Origin: an uncultured Eubacteriales bacterium
GTDB taxonomy: Bacteria; Bacillota; Clostridia; TANB77; CAG-508
Length of the DNA stretch: 64,000 nucleotides
NCBI GenBank assembly: GCA_949289635.1
Contig: CASEOS010000001.1
Span: forward strand, 150,548-214,547
Direction: 5' to 3'
Shown: positions 1 through 10,673 of the stretch, piece after piece
Position numbering within the stretch: position 1 is the first letter of the stretch
Layout of the letters: the number at the start of each line of letters is the position of its first letter
Made by a program: the position numbers and the translations under genes
Notes under the pieces: model-generated
Databases searched by the model: none
Told to the model about the DNA's origin: nothing
The model's input: only the letters and a program-made list of their open reading frames with translations

Positions 1-346
1 CAGGACATTCTACTTCTGTTTTATCTTCATCAACATCTATCACAAATTGATTATCACAATATGGACAAATGATTTCAAAGTCAAAACCTTCATCAGAATA
101 TATATCTTTTTCAATATTATCAATAATTTGTTGCATTTTGTTCATTTTTTCATCAATTTCTTTTTGTTTTTCTTCTAATTCCTTCATAGTTTGTGTTTTA
201 TAATCTATAAGCATATCCATTTCATCGATGACTTTATCAACAAACATTGAAAATCTAACTTTTACATATTCTAAATCTTCTTTGTTTTTTAAATTTTTTT
301 CAATATCCTTTAAAAAATTATTATATTCTTCTCTTAGTTTAGCCAT
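1..346 (-). CDS. Zinc-ribbon protein (CD1247 N-terminal-domain-like); C-terminus lies outside the window
   Basis: Minus-strand ORF with ATG at 344-346 behind an AAGGTG SD. Translates MAKLREEYNNFLKDIEK...FDFEIICPYCDNQFVIDVDEDKTEVECP (CxxC...CP ribbon). Runs off the window edge. Adjacent to efp, as I recall for Clostridia. Confidence 0.5.
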   Translation of the reverse strand, partial: MAKLREEYNNFLKDIEKNLKNKEDLEYVKVRFSMFVDKVIDEMDMLIDYKTQTMKELEEKQKEIDEKMNKMQQIIDNIEKDIYSDEGFDFEIICPYCDNQFVIDVDEDKTEVECP

Positions 347-361
347 TAAGATTCACCTTTC

Positions 362-928
362 TTATACTCTTTCCATATATTCGCCTGTTCTGGTATCTAT
401 TCTTAAGATATCTCCAATTTCAACGAATAATGGTACTTGAATTTCTAAACCTGTTTCTAATTTTGCTGGTTTTCCTGATGTTGTTGTTGTGTTTCCACTA
501 AATCCAGGTTCAGTGTATGTAACTTCTAGTTCAACAAATATTGGTGGTTCTACTGCAAATACATTTCCTTTATATGAAAGAATGGTTACTTCCATATTTT
601 CTTTTAAATATTTTAAACAATCACCTATTTGTTCTTCATTTAATGGGATTTGGTCATATGTTTCATTATCCATGAAATAATACAAACCACTATCATTATA
701 TAAATATTGCATGTTTTTCTTTTCTATTTGTGCAGCTGGGAATTTATCTCCTGGATTAAATGTTTTTTCTAATGTTGCACCTGTGATAACATTTTTTAAT
801 TTTGTTCTAACAAATGCAGATCCTTTCCCTGGTTTTACATGTTGGAACTCTACAATTCTATATACATTTCCATCCATTTCAAATGTTGTTCCATTTCTAA
901 AATCTCCTGCTGAATATACTGATGCCAT
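362..928 (-). CDS. efp: Elongation factor P
   Basis: [47 protein letters not shown]... is a canonical EF-P N-terminus with the KPGKG loop. Start moved to the third ATG (928), which follows a GGAG SD. Confidence 0.95.
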   Translation of the reverse strand: MASVYSAGDFRNGTTFEMDGNVYRIVEFQHVKPGKGSAFVRTKLKNVITGATLEKTFNPGDKFPAAQIEKKNMQYLYNDSGLYYFMDNETYDQIPLNEEQIGDCLKYLKENMEVTILSYKGNVFAVEPPIFVELEVTYTEPGFSGNTTTTSGKPAKLETGLEIQVPLFVEIGDILRIDTRTGEYMERV

Positions 929-1052
929 TTTCATTTCTCCTTTCATTTTTCAAATACTATTACAAAACTTTATATATTTTACTACATTTTTCAATAAAAA
1001 TCAAGCATTTTGCTGATTTTAAGCCATTTTGCTATATTGTTATAGTTCAGTC

Positions 1053-2111
1053 TCATATTACAATATAATTTTTCTCCGAATTCGTTAAATTTATACAACC
1101 AAATTTTGTAATTTGTACAGTATCTTCTATTCTGACTCCAAATTTTCCTGGTATATAAATTCCTGGCTCATTTGTTACTACCATATTTTCTTTTAGTAAA
1201 GTATCTGATTTATAACTAATATATGGTGCTTCATGTATTTCCATTCCTACTCCATGTCCTAAACTATGTACCAAATCATATCCATTTAGTTTAAAATCAT
1301 TTTCTACCATTTTTGTTAATAATCTTGTACTTACTCCATCTTTAAAATCATCTGCTGTTTGTGTTTGATTTTTTAATACCAAATCATAAACTGGTTTTAT
1401 ATATTCTGGGACTTCTCCTACAAAAAATGTCCTTGTCATATCTGAACAATATCCATTTACCTTACATCCCATGTCAATGGTTATGATATCCACATCTTGT
1501 ATTTTTCTATCTGTTGGAATGGCATGTGGTTTTGAAGTATTTTCTCCTGATGCCACAATGGTGTCAAAAGATAATCCATCTGTTCTTTGCTTATAATATT
1601 CTTCAATTTCATTCGCAATTTGTTTTTCTGTCATTCCTGGTTTAATATAGTCTATGATATATGAAAAACAATTGTCTGTTATCTCACATGCTTTTTTTAT
1701 ACTGCTAATTTCTTCTTCATCTTTTATCATTCTTTGCTTTTCTATAATATATTCTGTTTCTACTAAACTATTCACTTTATATTTTCTCATATATTCTTTA
1801 TATTGTGCATATGTAACATAATGTTCTTCAAATCCTACATTTTCGCAAAACATAAAGAAATTTTCATAATCTTCTTTTGATACATCATTCATATCATAAA
1901 CAATAATTTCATCATATAAAGTTAATATACTATGCACATGTTCAATATATCTTGCATCTGTTATATAAATATTTTCTTTTCTTGTTAATAATAATATTCC
2001 TTCTGCATCAATATTGGTCAAATATTTGATATTAATTGGATTGGATATAATTAATCCTTGTAAATCTGAACTAGACATTTTATTTCTTAACCATTGTAAT
2101 TTAGGATTCAT
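1053..2111 (-). CDS. M24-family Xaa-Pro aminopeptidase/dipeptidase
   Basis: Creatinase-like N-domain plus metal-site motifs DMGCKVNGYCSDMTRT and HSLGHGVGMEIHEAP...NEPGIY...RIED. Confidence 0.9.
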   Translation of the reverse strand: MNPKLQWLRNKMSSSDLQGLIISNPINIKYLTNIDAEGILLLTRKENIYITDARYIEHVHSILTLYDEIIVYDMNDVSKEDYENFFMFCENVGFEEHYVTYAQYKEYMRKYKVNSLVETEYIIEKQRMIKDEEEISSIKKACEITDNCFSYIIDYIKPGMTEKQIANEIEEYYKQRTDGLSFDTIVASGENTSKPHAIPTDRKIQDVDIITIDMGCKVNGYCSDMTRTFFVGEVPEYIKPVYDLVLKNQTQTADDFKDGVSTRLLTKMVENDFKLNGYDLVHSLGHGVGMEIHEAPYISYKSDTLLKENMVVTNEPGIYIPGKFGVRIEDTVQITKFGCINLTNSEKNYIVI

Positions 2112-2157
2112 GTTATCATCCCCTCTAATTATTTTATTTATTTTTATATTTTAGAAA

Positions 2158-2193
2158 ATGTCCAAAAAGAAACGTCCCCAATTGTCCCAAATT
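2158..2193. repeat. REP-like element, class 1 (forward orientation)
   Basis: ATGTCCAAAAAGAAACGTCCCCAATTGTCCCAAATT. Identical over 39 nt to the copy at 19902-19937. A GC-rich island in AT-rich intergenic DNA. Confidence 0.85.
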
Positions 2194-2198
2194 GATTC

Positions 2199-2948
2199 TT
2201 AGTTATACATTCCTAATGTGAAAATTTTCATTAATACGAATTTTATGGTTTCAAATGGTATATACATGCTAATAAATGTTGCTATTACGATAAATGGTCC
2301 AAATGGTATATATTCATCTGTTTTCTTTACTTTTGTAACTAATAATCCTATACTTAAAATGGCGCCTATTAAGAAAGATATTAATGTGATTACTACTATA
2401 TTTGATAATCCAAAAAATAACCCTAATGCCCCCATTAATTTCACATCACCAAATCCCATGGCTTCTTTTCCATAGAATAATCCACCTACTAATGTAATTA
2501 ATAAAAAGATTCCAGCACCTGCTAACATTCCTAATAACATATTTAAGGTAATCGCTACATCTGATAATCCATAGATAAAAGCAAATATAAGTCCAAATTC
2601 AAAAATTGTTAAATTCAATCTATTTGGTATAATTTGCAATTTATAATCTATGACAAATGCTGATAACAACATCGGTGTCAAAATTAGAAATTTTATTAAA
2701 TCTAAATTTGCAATCCATGTATCTTTGATTCCTAATGTATATACTAAAGTTACATAGATTGCTGATGTTAGTAACATTAATATATAGTTTGGTTTAAAAT
2801 TTCTTTTATATTCTTTAAATATGTCTAATGATAAAAACTTTTTATATTCTGGTAATCTCTTGTTTGCCCAATCGACTAATTGCCCTACAAATAAACCTAA
2901 TATGGCAACTGCCAAATAATATCCTATGTGTACATCATTATAATACAT
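2199..2948 (-). CDS. Prepilin (type IV leader) peptidase, A24 family
   Basis: Polytopic membrane protein with the aspartyl-protease motif GFGDVKLMGALGLFFG and a second Asp region. About 249 aa, as for PilD/ComC-like enzymes. Confidence 0.85.
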   Translation of the reverse strand: MYYNDVHIGYYLAVAILGLFVGQLVDWANKRLPEYKKFLSLDIFKEYKRNFKPNYILMLLTSAIYVTLVYTLGIKDTWIANLDLIKFLILTPMLLSAFVIDYKLQIIPNRLNLTIFEFGLIFAFIYGLSDVAITLNMLLGMLAGAGIFLLITLVGGLFYGKEAMGFGDVKLMGALGLFFGLSNIVVITLISFLIGAILSIGLLVTKVKKTDEYIPFGPFIVIATFISMYIPFETIKFVLMKIFTLGMYN

Positions 2949-2982
2949 TCTTTTCTCCTTCTTTTCTTATTTATGTCATATT

Positions 2983-3486
2983 TTATCTTTTGCTTTTTTG
3001 TTCTAATTTGATTTTATTTTTTATTTTATTCTCTAGTGGTCTTTTCCATGCTGTATACCAAAAATCTTTTTCTTTTATTGGTTCTACTAATATGGTATAC
3101 ATATGGCATCTTTTTCCACCAATTATGTCTGTAAATATTTGGTCTCCTACTATGGCTATATTTTCACTTTTTTCTCCCAATGCTTTTTGTGCTTTTTTAA
3201 AACCTATTTTTAGTGGTTTCATTGCAAAATGCTGATAAGGTATATCTAGTTTTTTTACAATATTTTTAATTTTTTCTTTATCATTTGTATTGGATAATAT
3301 GTATAATTTTACACCTTGACCTTTTAATTCTTTTGCCCATTTAATCACACTTTCTGTTATCTTTTTTGTATGGTCCACTAGTGTATTATCTACATCCAAT
3401 AGCAATGCTTTTATTTTATTCTTATTCAAAAATTCTACATCGATATCTTCTACTTTTTTAAAATATGCATCTGGATATATATTCAT
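2983..3486 (-). CDS. yqeG: YqeG-family HAD-IIIA phosphatase
   Basis: LLLDVDNTL (DxDxT) and GDQIFTDIIGG motifs; about 167 aa. Confidence 0.8.
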   Translation of the reverse strand: MNIYPDAYFKKVEDIDVEFLNKNKIKALLLDVDNTLVDHTKKITESVIKWAKELKGQGVKLYILSNTNDKEKIKNIVKKLDIPYQHFAMKPLKIGFKKAQKALGEKSENIAIVGDQIFTDIIGGKRCHMYTILVEPIKEKDFWYTAWKRPLENKIKNKIKLEQKSKR

Positions 3487-3544
3487 ACTTCTCCCCCATT
3501 ATATATGTATATATTATCAATTCCTTATTTTTTTGTCAATAGAC

Positions 3545-3656
3545 AAGTTGCCAAAGGGGACGGGGCATTTTGGCAACTTATTGATTTAAAGAATTGATTA
3601 TTTATAAATAAAAAATATGCAAAGTTGCCAAAATGCCCCGTCCCCTTTGGCAACTT
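3545..3656. repeat. REPIN-like inverted doublet, class 2 (GGGGACGGGGC loop)
   Basis: Perfect 35-nt inverted repeat (3545-3579 and 3622-3656) separated by 42 nt. Each arm is itself a hairpin: AGTTGCCAAA-GGGGACGGGGCAT-TTTGGCAACT. Confidence 0.85.
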
Positions 3657-3657
3657 T

Positions 3658-4368
3658 TTATAGTTCTACTTTTTTTAAATGGAATTGAATCGCATCTGCA
3701 CTTACCAATTGAAAGTCAATTCCAAAATGTTCTCCTTCTACTGCATCTTTTATAGCCGTACTATGTAAATGTCCATAATAACATTTCTTTATATCATATT
3801 TTTTTAACATTTTGATAAATTCATTTATTTCATTGTTTTGTATATTTTGATTGATAATTGGTGGATAATGTAAAAAAGCAATAATTTCTTTATCTTCTCC
3901 ATAATTTTCTATACCATTTTTTATGGATAATTCTAATCTTGCCACTTCTCTTTGAATCATTTTTTTACTTTCAGTGTCTTCTCCAAAAGACCATCCTCTT
4001 GTTCCTACAATAATCTTATTTTCAAATTCATATGCGTTGTTATATATAAAGTCAATATCTTTAAATTGATTTTCTTTTATATAATTTCTCATACTATTTA
4101 CTGTTGACCACCAATAATCATGATTGCCTTTTAGTAATAGTTTTTTACCTGGCAAAGAATTTAAATATTCAAAATCTTTATATGTATCTTTTAAATACAT
4201 TGACCATGAGAAATCTCCTGGTAAAACTACTAAATCATTTTCTTTTACCAAGCTTATCCAGTTTTCTTTTACTTTTTCTTCATATCCTTCCCAATTTTCT
4301 CCAAAAACACTCATTGGTTTATTTTCATTAAAGGATAAATGAAGATCTCCTATTGTATATATTGCCAT
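3658..4368 (-). CDS. Calcineurin-like metallophosphoesterase
   Basis: MAIYTIGDLHLS, LPGDFS, GNHDYWW and YGHLH metal-ligand motifs. Confidence 0.8.
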   Translation of the reverse strand: MAIYTIGDLHLSFNENKPMSVFGENWEGYEEKVKENWISLVKENDLVVLPGDFSWSMYLKDTYKDFEYLNSLPGKKLLLKGNHDYWWSTVNSMRNYIKENQFKDIDFIYNNAYEFENKIIVGTRGWSFGEDTESKKMIQREVARLELSIKNGIENYGEDKEIIAFLHYPPIINQNIQNNEINEFIKMLKKYDIKKCYYGHLHSTAIKDAVEGEHFGIDFQLVSADAIQFHLKKVEL

Positions 4369-4468
4369 CTATCTTCTCCATTTCTTATTATACATTTTAC
4401 TTTATAGAAAATTTTATTTTATAAAATTTTATTCATTTCCTATTTACGCTAAAACAAAAGGAACATTC

Positions 4469-5455
4469 TTATAATTTTAAATTTGGTATGGCATTTAAAT
4501 CTAATATATCTCTTTTTCCTTGTATATAATTATAATATCCAGCTGATGCAATCATGGCTGCATTATCTGTACATAGTTTTACATCTGGCATATATATTTC
4601 CATACCTTTTTGTTTTAAATCTATAAAAGCTTTTCTTATATAGCTATTGGCTGATACGCCACCTGCTAATGCAATTGTTTTGATACCTGTTAATGTAATT
4701 GCTTTTTCTACATTTTCCATTAATATTTCAGTTACTGTTTTTTCAAAACTTGCACATAAATCAGCTCTATTAATTTCTGGATTTTTATGATGTAAATTAA
4801 TCACTGCTGTTTTAATACCACTAAAACTAAAATCCATATTTTCAAAATGTGTTTTTGGCAAGTCTATGGTTGGTTTTCCTTCTTGTGCTAATTTATCTAC
4901 TTTAGGCCCTCCAGGATATCCTAATCCTACCACTCTTGCTACTTTATCAAATGCTTCTCCAATTGCATCATCTCTCGTTTTCCCTAAAATCTCAAATTCT
5001 GTATAGCCTTTCACATGTATAATTTGTGTATTTCCACCTGACATCATCACACATAAAAATGGTGGCTCTAGTTCTTTGTATGTAATATAATTGGCTGCAA
5101 TATGTCCTTGAATATGATTTACCCCTACAAGAGGTTTATTAATTGCAAAACTTAATGCTTTTGCATAAGATAGACCTACTAATAAAGCACCAACCAATCC
5201 TGGTCCATATGTAGGTGTGACTGCATCTATTTGCTCTAATGTCATTTTCGCTTCTTCTAATGCTTTTTTTGTTACTCTCGAAATGGCTTCTATATGATTT
5301 CTGGATGCAATTTCTGGTACAACACCTCCATATTTTTCATGGATTGGTATTTGTGTATCAATCACATTAGATAATATTTCTCTACCATTTTTTACAATTG
5401 CTACTGATGTTTCATCACAACTTGATTCAATTCCTAATGTATAGATATCTTTCAT
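4469..5455 (-). CDS. tsaD: tRNA N6-adenosine threonylcarbamoyltransferase TsaD
   Basis: [21 protein letters not shown] and Kae1/Gcp family layout; 328 aa. Confidence 0.95.
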   Translation of the reverse strand: MKDIYTLGIESSCDETSVAIVKNGREILSNVIDTQIPIHEKYGGVVPEIASRNHIEAISRVTKKALEEAKMTLEQIDAVTPTYGPGLVGALLVGLSYAKALSFAINKPLVGVNHIQGHIAANYITYKELEPPFLCVMMSGGNTQIIHVKGYTEFEILGKTRDDAIGEAFDKVARVVGLGYPGGPKVDKLAQEGKPTIDLPKTHFENMDFSFSGIKTAVINLHHKNPEINRADLCASFEKTVTEILMENVEKAITLTGIKTIALAGGVSANSYIRKAFIDLKQKGMEIYMPDVKLCTDNAAMIASAGYYNYIQGKRDILDLNAIPNLKL

Positions 5456-5647
5456 GTTTCCTCCATCTATTTCTTATATTCTTTCATGTATTTTTTAATT
5501 TTTGTTTTACTAGTTTTTTATTTTATATTTACTTAATATTTTTCTCTCATATTTCGTGCTAATTATATCATTTTTCTATCCATAAGTAAAGATTGCTAGA
5601 TTCAAATTCTAGCAATCTTTATTCCTATTTATATTTAATTTTAATAT

Positions 5648-6421
5648 TTACAATCCCCATATTGCAGCTGCTAAGTTTAATATCCAACTACCAACTGTTT
5701 GAATTGCTGGTGAAATAATCACAGATGTTAATCCTGTTATCCATAATACAACAAATACAATATAAAAGATTTGTTCATTATTGATAAAAAATTCTTTTGC
5801 TTTATATGGTAAAAATGGCATAATCACTTTTGAGCCATCTAATGGAGGTAATGGAATTAAGTTAAATAATCCTAATCCTACATTAATAGAAACAGTTGCA
5901 ATAATTAACCTCATAATAATTCCACCCATTGTAGATAGCAAAAATGAAGTATCTGCTAATTTGTAAATCCCATAATATATAATGGCAAAAATGATAGCAA
6001 GTAAGAAATTCATAACAGGTCCTGCAATGGAAACAAGTGCTTCTCCTTTTTCCATAGACATCTTTCTTGTATAATTTCTTGGATTTACATGAACTGGTTT
6101 TCCCCAACCAAATCCTGCAAATAGTAATAATACTGTTCCAATTGGATCCAAATGGTCTAATGGATTTAAGCTTAGCCTTCCTTCTCTTCTTGCAGTATCA
6201 TCTCCTAATCTATCTGCTACAAAAGCATGTGCAAATTCATGAAATGTAATCGCAATTAATACGCCTGGTACACTAATTAATAGTAAAAATAACATTCCTG
6301 GATTTGCTAAATATTGTACAACCATAGATAATACCATGATTCCTAATATGATATAAATTATTCTTTTGTCAAATGAAAAATTAAACATATTTACTCCTAT
6401 CTTCCCCTTTTTGAAAATCAA
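5648..6421 (-). CDS. Site-2 protease family (M50) zinc metalloprotease
   Basis: HEFAHAFVADRLGD (HExxH) in a TM helix, plus a later NLIPLPPLDG motif. The start may instead be the internal MFNF at 6388. Confidence 0.8.
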   Translation of the reverse strand: MIFKKGKIGVNMFNFSFDKRIIYIILGIMVLSMVVQYLANPGMLFLLLISVPGVLIAITFHEFAHAFVADRLGDDTARREGRLSLNPLDHLDPIGTVLLLFAGFGWGKPVHVNPRNYTRKMSMEKGEALVSIAGPVMNFLLAIIFAIIYYGIYKLADTSFLLSTMGGIIMRLIIATVSINVGLGLFNLIPLPPLDGSKVIMPFLPYKAKEFFINNEQIFYIVFVVLWITGLTSVIISPAIQTVGSWILNLAAAIWGL

Positions 6422-6422
6422 A

Positions 6423-7931
6423 TTAATTTAAAGGTTTCATTGTTGGGAAAAACAATACATCTCTTATTGAAGCAGAATCTGTTAATAACATAATTAATCT
6501 GTCTAATCCAATTCCCATTCCGCCTGTTGGTGGTAATCCGATTTCTAGTGCATTTACAAAATCTTCATCCATTCCACCAGCTTCTTCATCACCTTTTTCT
6601 TTTGCCTCTACTTGTTTTAGAAATCTTTGATATTGATCAATTGGATCATTTAATTCTGAATAAGCATTTCCGTATTCTCTTCCACCAATAAATAATTCAA
6701 ATCTTTCAACCAATCTTGGATCTTCTTTTTTTCTTTTTGTAAGTGGTGATACTTCTACTGGATAATCCATAATAAATGTTGGTTGTATTAAAGTTTCTTC
6801 TACAAATGTTTCAAAAAATTCGTTTATAATATGTCCTCTTGTATTTTTGATTTCTTCATACTCTACACCTTTTTCTTTCGCTATTGCTTGTGCTTCTTCA
6901 TCAGTTTTGATGGTATTAAAATCAACACCTGTTACTTCTTTTATGGCATCTATCATGGTGATTTTCTTCCAACTTGGGGCTAAATTAATTTCTTGTCCTT
7001 GATATGTGATGTTTGTTGTTCCTAATGTATTTTTTGCAACAGTTGAAATTAATTGTTCTGCTATATTCATCATATCGTTATAATCTTCGTAAGCTGAGTA
7101 AAATTCCATATTTGTAAATTCTGGATTATGTTTAATATCCATTCCTTCATTTCTAAAGTTCTTACCAATTTCAAACACTTTATCAAAACCACCAACAATT
7201 AATCTTTTTAAATTTAATTCCGGTGCAATTCTTAGATACATTTGTAAGTCTAATGTATTATGATGTGTGATAAATGGTCTTGCAGCATCACCTGTTGCTA
7301 CTGTTGTAAGCATTGGTGTTTCTACTTCCATATAGCCTTGTTCATCCATAAATTTTCTGATTTCTTTTAAAATTTTACTTCTTAAAATAAATGTTTCTTT
7401 TACTTCTGGATTCATAATTAGGTCAACATATCTTTGACGATATCTTAAGTCCATATCTTTTAATCCATGGAATTTTTCTGGTAATGGTCTTAAAGATTTT
7501 GTAAGTAATGTGACTTCTTTTGCATGTACAGAAATTTCTTCTGTTCTTGTTTTAAATACAAAACCTGTGATTCCAATAATATCTCCAATATCATAGGTTT
7601 TAAATGCTTTATAGCTTTCTTCTCCTAAATCATTAATGCTGACATAACTTTGAATTTTTTCATCACTATCTTGAATGGTACAGAATGATGCTTTTCCCAT
7701 AATTCTTTTGGCAATAATTCTTCCTGCAACAGTTACATCTTTTTGTTCAAATTTTTCATAATTTGCTTTAATTTCTCCTGCCGTATTTGTTCTATTGAAT
7801 TTTGTAATTTCAAATGGATTTTTTCCCTGTTCTTGTAATTCTGCTAATTTATCTCTTCTTATTTGCATTAAATGGTTTATATCTAATTCTTCTGTTTGAT
7901 TTTCATTAACTTTATTTTTATTCTCTTGCAT
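6423..7931 (-). CDS. lysS: Lysine--tRNA ligase (class II)
   Basis: OB-fold N-domain and class II motifs ([15 protein letters not shown]); 502 aa. Confidence 0.95.
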   Translation of the reverse strand: MQENKNKVNENQTEELDINHLMQIRRDKLAELQEQGKNPFEITKFNRTNTAGEIKANYEKFEQKDVTVAGRIIAKRIMGKASFCTIQDSDEKIQSYVSINDLGEESYKAFKTYDIGDIIGITGFVFKTRTEEISVHAKEVTLLTKSLRPLPEKFHGLKDMDLRYRQRYVDLIMNPEVKETFILRSKILKEIRKFMDEQGYMEVETPMLTTVATGDAARPFITHHNTLDLQMYLRIAPELNLKRLIVGGFDKVFEIGKNFRNEGMDIKHNPEFTNMEFYSAYEDYNDMMNIAEQLISTVAKNTLGTTNITYQGQEINLAPSWKKITMIDAIKEVTGVDFNTIKTDEEAQAIAKEKGVEYEEIKNTRGHIINEFFETFVEETLIQPTFIMDYPVEVSPLTKRKKEDPRLVERFELFIGGREYGNAYSELNDPIDQYQRFLKQVEAKEKGDEEAGGMDEDFVNALEIGLPPTGGMGIGLDRLIMLLTDSASIRDVLFFPTMKPLN

Positions 7932-7984
7932 ATAAATCTCTCCTTTTTCATTCTTGTTAATTTGTTACATTATATCCTAATTTT

Positions 7985-8030
7985 ACCAAAAAGTAAAGAA
8001 AACTATTCTGAAAAATCAAAATAGTTTCTT
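7985..8030 (-). terminator. Intrinsic terminator downstream of the pilin-like gene
   Basis: Minus-strand hairpin AAGAAACTATT/AATAGTTTTCTT with one bulge, followed by TACTTTTTGG. Confidence 0.45.
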
Positions 8031-8045
8031 AATTTATAACTCTTT

Positions 8046-9740
8046 TTATTCTACTACAATTTCATATGCCTTATTTACATTATTTTCATCATCTACTGAT
8101 ACCAATTTATAATTATCTGTCTTTAATGTAATAACAGGTCTAAGTTTTCTACATGAATCTCCTTCTGTTGTTTGCGAAAGAAAAACTCCACTTCCTCCTA
8201 TCAAATTTTTATTTACTCCGCAAATTTCAAATACTGCATATTCTGTATAAGCTGAAACACATCTCGAAGCCAACCAATAATTTTCATCATTCTCAAACAA
8301 TATAGAATATATATTCTTATTGTCAAAATATTCTTCTTTCGTTTCTAACAAATAATATGTTAGTGTTATGGCTATGTTTTTTAATTTTCCCTCCGCTGTT
8401 TCTGTTGTCACTTTTGTATATCCATTTTCACTTGGATTTAATCCATTTGTTTTCACTCTATTTCCTATCTCTTCTTGTGTTAATTGGGATACATCTTGTG
8501 TTATATCAGTCCATGAACCATTTTCTCTACTATATAAACTTGGATATGTTCCTACATATATTTTACTTTTTCCATATTTTAAAATATTGTTTTCTGCCAT
8601 ATAATTATTTCTATCTTCTAATGCTGTTTCATTAAAAAATACTTCTATATCATCTCTGTTTAAACTCCTTGCAGTTATCCCCAATTTTGAATTACTATAT
8701 TGCTTTGCACAAATATCATTCAAAAGAAATACTGCATTATTATATCCTAGTGCACCTTTGAAATATATTTGTGTATCTGTTGCTGTATCACTTATTAAAT
8801 CAATTGTTCCATCATCGTGAACATTTAATATTCTCCATCTAAAATCCTCTTCTTGTGGAACTCCCTCTTTTAAATTAGAATTTGAACCTGTTGTATCCAC
8901 TGTTAACATATAATTTTCAGCTTTATCATATGTATAATTCGTTATATAACTTCCTGCTTGTAAAACATAAGCTTCTTTTTGTGCTAAAATTTTATCTCCA
9001 TGAATTACTTGTATTTCATATATATCTAACCAATTTTTTGTTGGTACATCTATAGTGTATTCACTTCCTATAAACTCTTCTGTTGTATACCAATTTTCCT
9101 CTCCTTTTAATCGATATTTAACTTGCCATTTATTAACATATTCTTGACTGCTAATATTCGTAATATAAATTTTTCCCTGTCCATTTTTCACTTCTGAAGT
9201 TGTAGTAAAGGTTACATCATTACTTATTTCGTTATATTCCACATTATATACACCATCTGGTACTTGGTCTAATGTATAATATCTTTTTCCATAATCATTA
9301 AAACCTTCTATACTTACCACACTTCTTTTAGAAACATTTACAAAAAATTCATATTCCATATTTTCTAGTCCTAAAGCTTGAATCGTTTCTGTATCATAAT
9401 ACATATATCCTGTTTTATCTGTAATACCTGATCCGCTTTCTGAGAAAATTTCTTCTAATCGATTTGTATTAAAAATTCCATCTGGATTTTGTCCAATCTT
9501 TTGTATATCTGTTCCAATATATTCTGTTCCATTCACTGTTACAGTTTTATTATTTGTATAATCATCATATAATTCATTTACCTTTTGTTGCATCATTTTT
9601 AATTCTGTTGTAAATTTCGTTAATCTTGCAGAACGTACTGTACTTACTCCACTATATATTGTAATGGATGCTAATATTAATAGTACAATAATCGTAATTA
9701 CTAAACTAACCAAAGTAATACCAGAATTATATTTTTTCAT
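8046..9740 (-). CDS. Large secreted protein with a prepilin-type N-terminus (pilin-like, lacks Glu+5)
   Basis: MKKYNSG/ITLVSLVITIIVLLILASITI is a class III (prepilin) leader plus hydrophobic helix. Start set at the ATG behind GGAGG. The C-terminus has a YWLASR...LRPVITL motif pair that I recall from many Firmicute secreted proteins. Confidence 0.7.
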   Translation of the reverse strand: MKKYNSGITLVSLVITIIVLLILASITIYSGVSTVRSARLTKFTTELKMMQQKVNELYDDYTNNKTVTVNGTEYIGTDIQKIGQNPDGIFNTNRLEEIFSESGSGITDKTGYMYYDTETIQALGLENMEYEFFVNVSKRSVVSIEGFNDYGKRYYTLDQVPDGVYNVEYNEISNDVTFTTTSEVKNGQGKIYITNISSQEYVNKWQVKYRLKGEENWYTTEEFIGSEYTIDVPTKNWLDIYEIQVIHGDKILAQKEAYVLQAGSYITNYTYDKAENYMLTVDTTGSNSNLKEGVPQEEDFRWRILNVHDDGTIDLISDTATDTQIYFKGALGYNNAVFLLNDICAKQYSNSKLGITARSLNRDDIEVFFNETALEDRNNYMAENNILKYGKSKIYVGTYPSLYSRENGSWTDITQDVSQLTQEEIGNRVKTNGLNPSENGYTKVTTETAEGKLKNIAITLTYYLLETKEEYFDNKNIYSILFENDENYWLASRCVSAYTEYAVFEICGVNKNLIGGSGVFLSQTTEGDSCRKLRPVITLKTDNYKLVSVDDENNVNKAYEIVVE

Positions 9741-9835
9741 CCTTCGTTCCTCCATTATTTGGGGTTGGTTTATTGTTCAATGTTAAACTTTTGTTGTCAT
9801 ACTAACAAAAAACCAGACCTATTCTTTAAAATTAC

Positions 9836-9910
9836 TGGCTGGGGTACTGTGATTCGAACACAGGAATGTCGGAGTCAGAGTCCGATGCCTTACCACTTGG
9901 CGATACCCCA
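9836..9910 (-). tRNA. tRNA-Gln (anticodon CUG), CCA encoded
   Basis: Reverse complement TGGGGTATCGCCAAGTGGTAAGGCA-TCGGA-CTCTGAC-TCCGA-CATTC-CTGTG-TTCGAAT-CACAG-TACCCCA-G-CCA folds as a cloverleaf. Confidence 0.9.
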
Positions 9911-10044
9911 ATATGCATCTATATTATATAGTTTTTCTAATATTTTTACAAGTATTTTTATGCAATTTATTAGAATACCATTCTCTCATAAATTCCCAAT
10001 TATTTTAGGTTGTATTTTATTTATGTATTTATATGAATAGTATT

Positions 10045-10665
10045 CTAATATCCTTGTACATATATCAAAAAATGATATTCTCTGATTTTCTTTGCTTCTA
10101 ATGTATCTTTCTTATCTTGCTGTATATCTTTTTCATATTCCCATTCCCAATAAATAGGTATTGTTTTTTGTTCATTTTCTGAAATTGTACCTGCTAATGT
10201 TTTTCCTAATTCTTCTAAACTCTGATACCTTTTGCCTTCTTGTAGTGTATAAAATTGTAAATTGTTTGGTTTTTCATTCTTACTTTCAAATCTAATTTGA
10301 TAATTCATATTTTGATTACTTTCTAGCAAAATATCAAATCTGCCATTTGTTCCTGGTGCTATTTTTTCATATATTAATGTTTTCTTATCTACTGTTTCTG
10401 TCAAATTTAATGCTTCGAATTTTGTATTTTGATATTGTACATTAAAATATATATTTTTTATACTTGTTTCTTTTTCATTTGTTTGTTCTTTTCTTTTTTG
10501 TTCATTCGTATCTATGATGCTTTTTATTTGGTTATTAGAATTAAATAATTGAAAAAAGAGTAAATCTTCTTGTAAAAAATCATATTTTGTAAAATGCATG
10601 ATTAGAAAAAATAGACATATGAAAATAATAATCGCAATGATATATTGTTTTTTTCTTTTTTTCAT
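10045..10665 (-). CDS. TasA/camelysin-like small secreted protein (family B paralog)
   Basis: N-terminal K-rich region plus TM ending HFTKYDF. Core motifs KIAPGTNGRFDILLES, YQIRFESKNEKPNNLQFY, IPIYWEWEYE and FLIYVQG align with the 11540 and 61917 proteins. Confidence 0.6.
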   Translation of the reverse strand: MKKRKKQYIIAIIIFICLFFLIMHFTKYDFLQEDLLFFQLFNSNNQIKSIIDTNEQKRKEQTNEKETSIKNIYFNVQYQNTKFEALNLTETVDKKTLIYEKIAPGTNGRFDILLESNQNMNYQIRFESKNEKPNNLQFYTLQEGKRYQSLEELGKTLAGTISENEQKTIPIYWEWEYEKDIQQDKKDTLEAKKIREYHFLIYVQGY

Positions 10666-10673
10666 TTTATCAC

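Noticed and set aside
2199-9740. A complete type IV pilus or competence pseudopilus operon.
   Set aside because: Only a prepilin peptidase and isolated pilin-like genes are present. No assembly ATPase, platform protein or PilMNO/ComG genes occur in the window.
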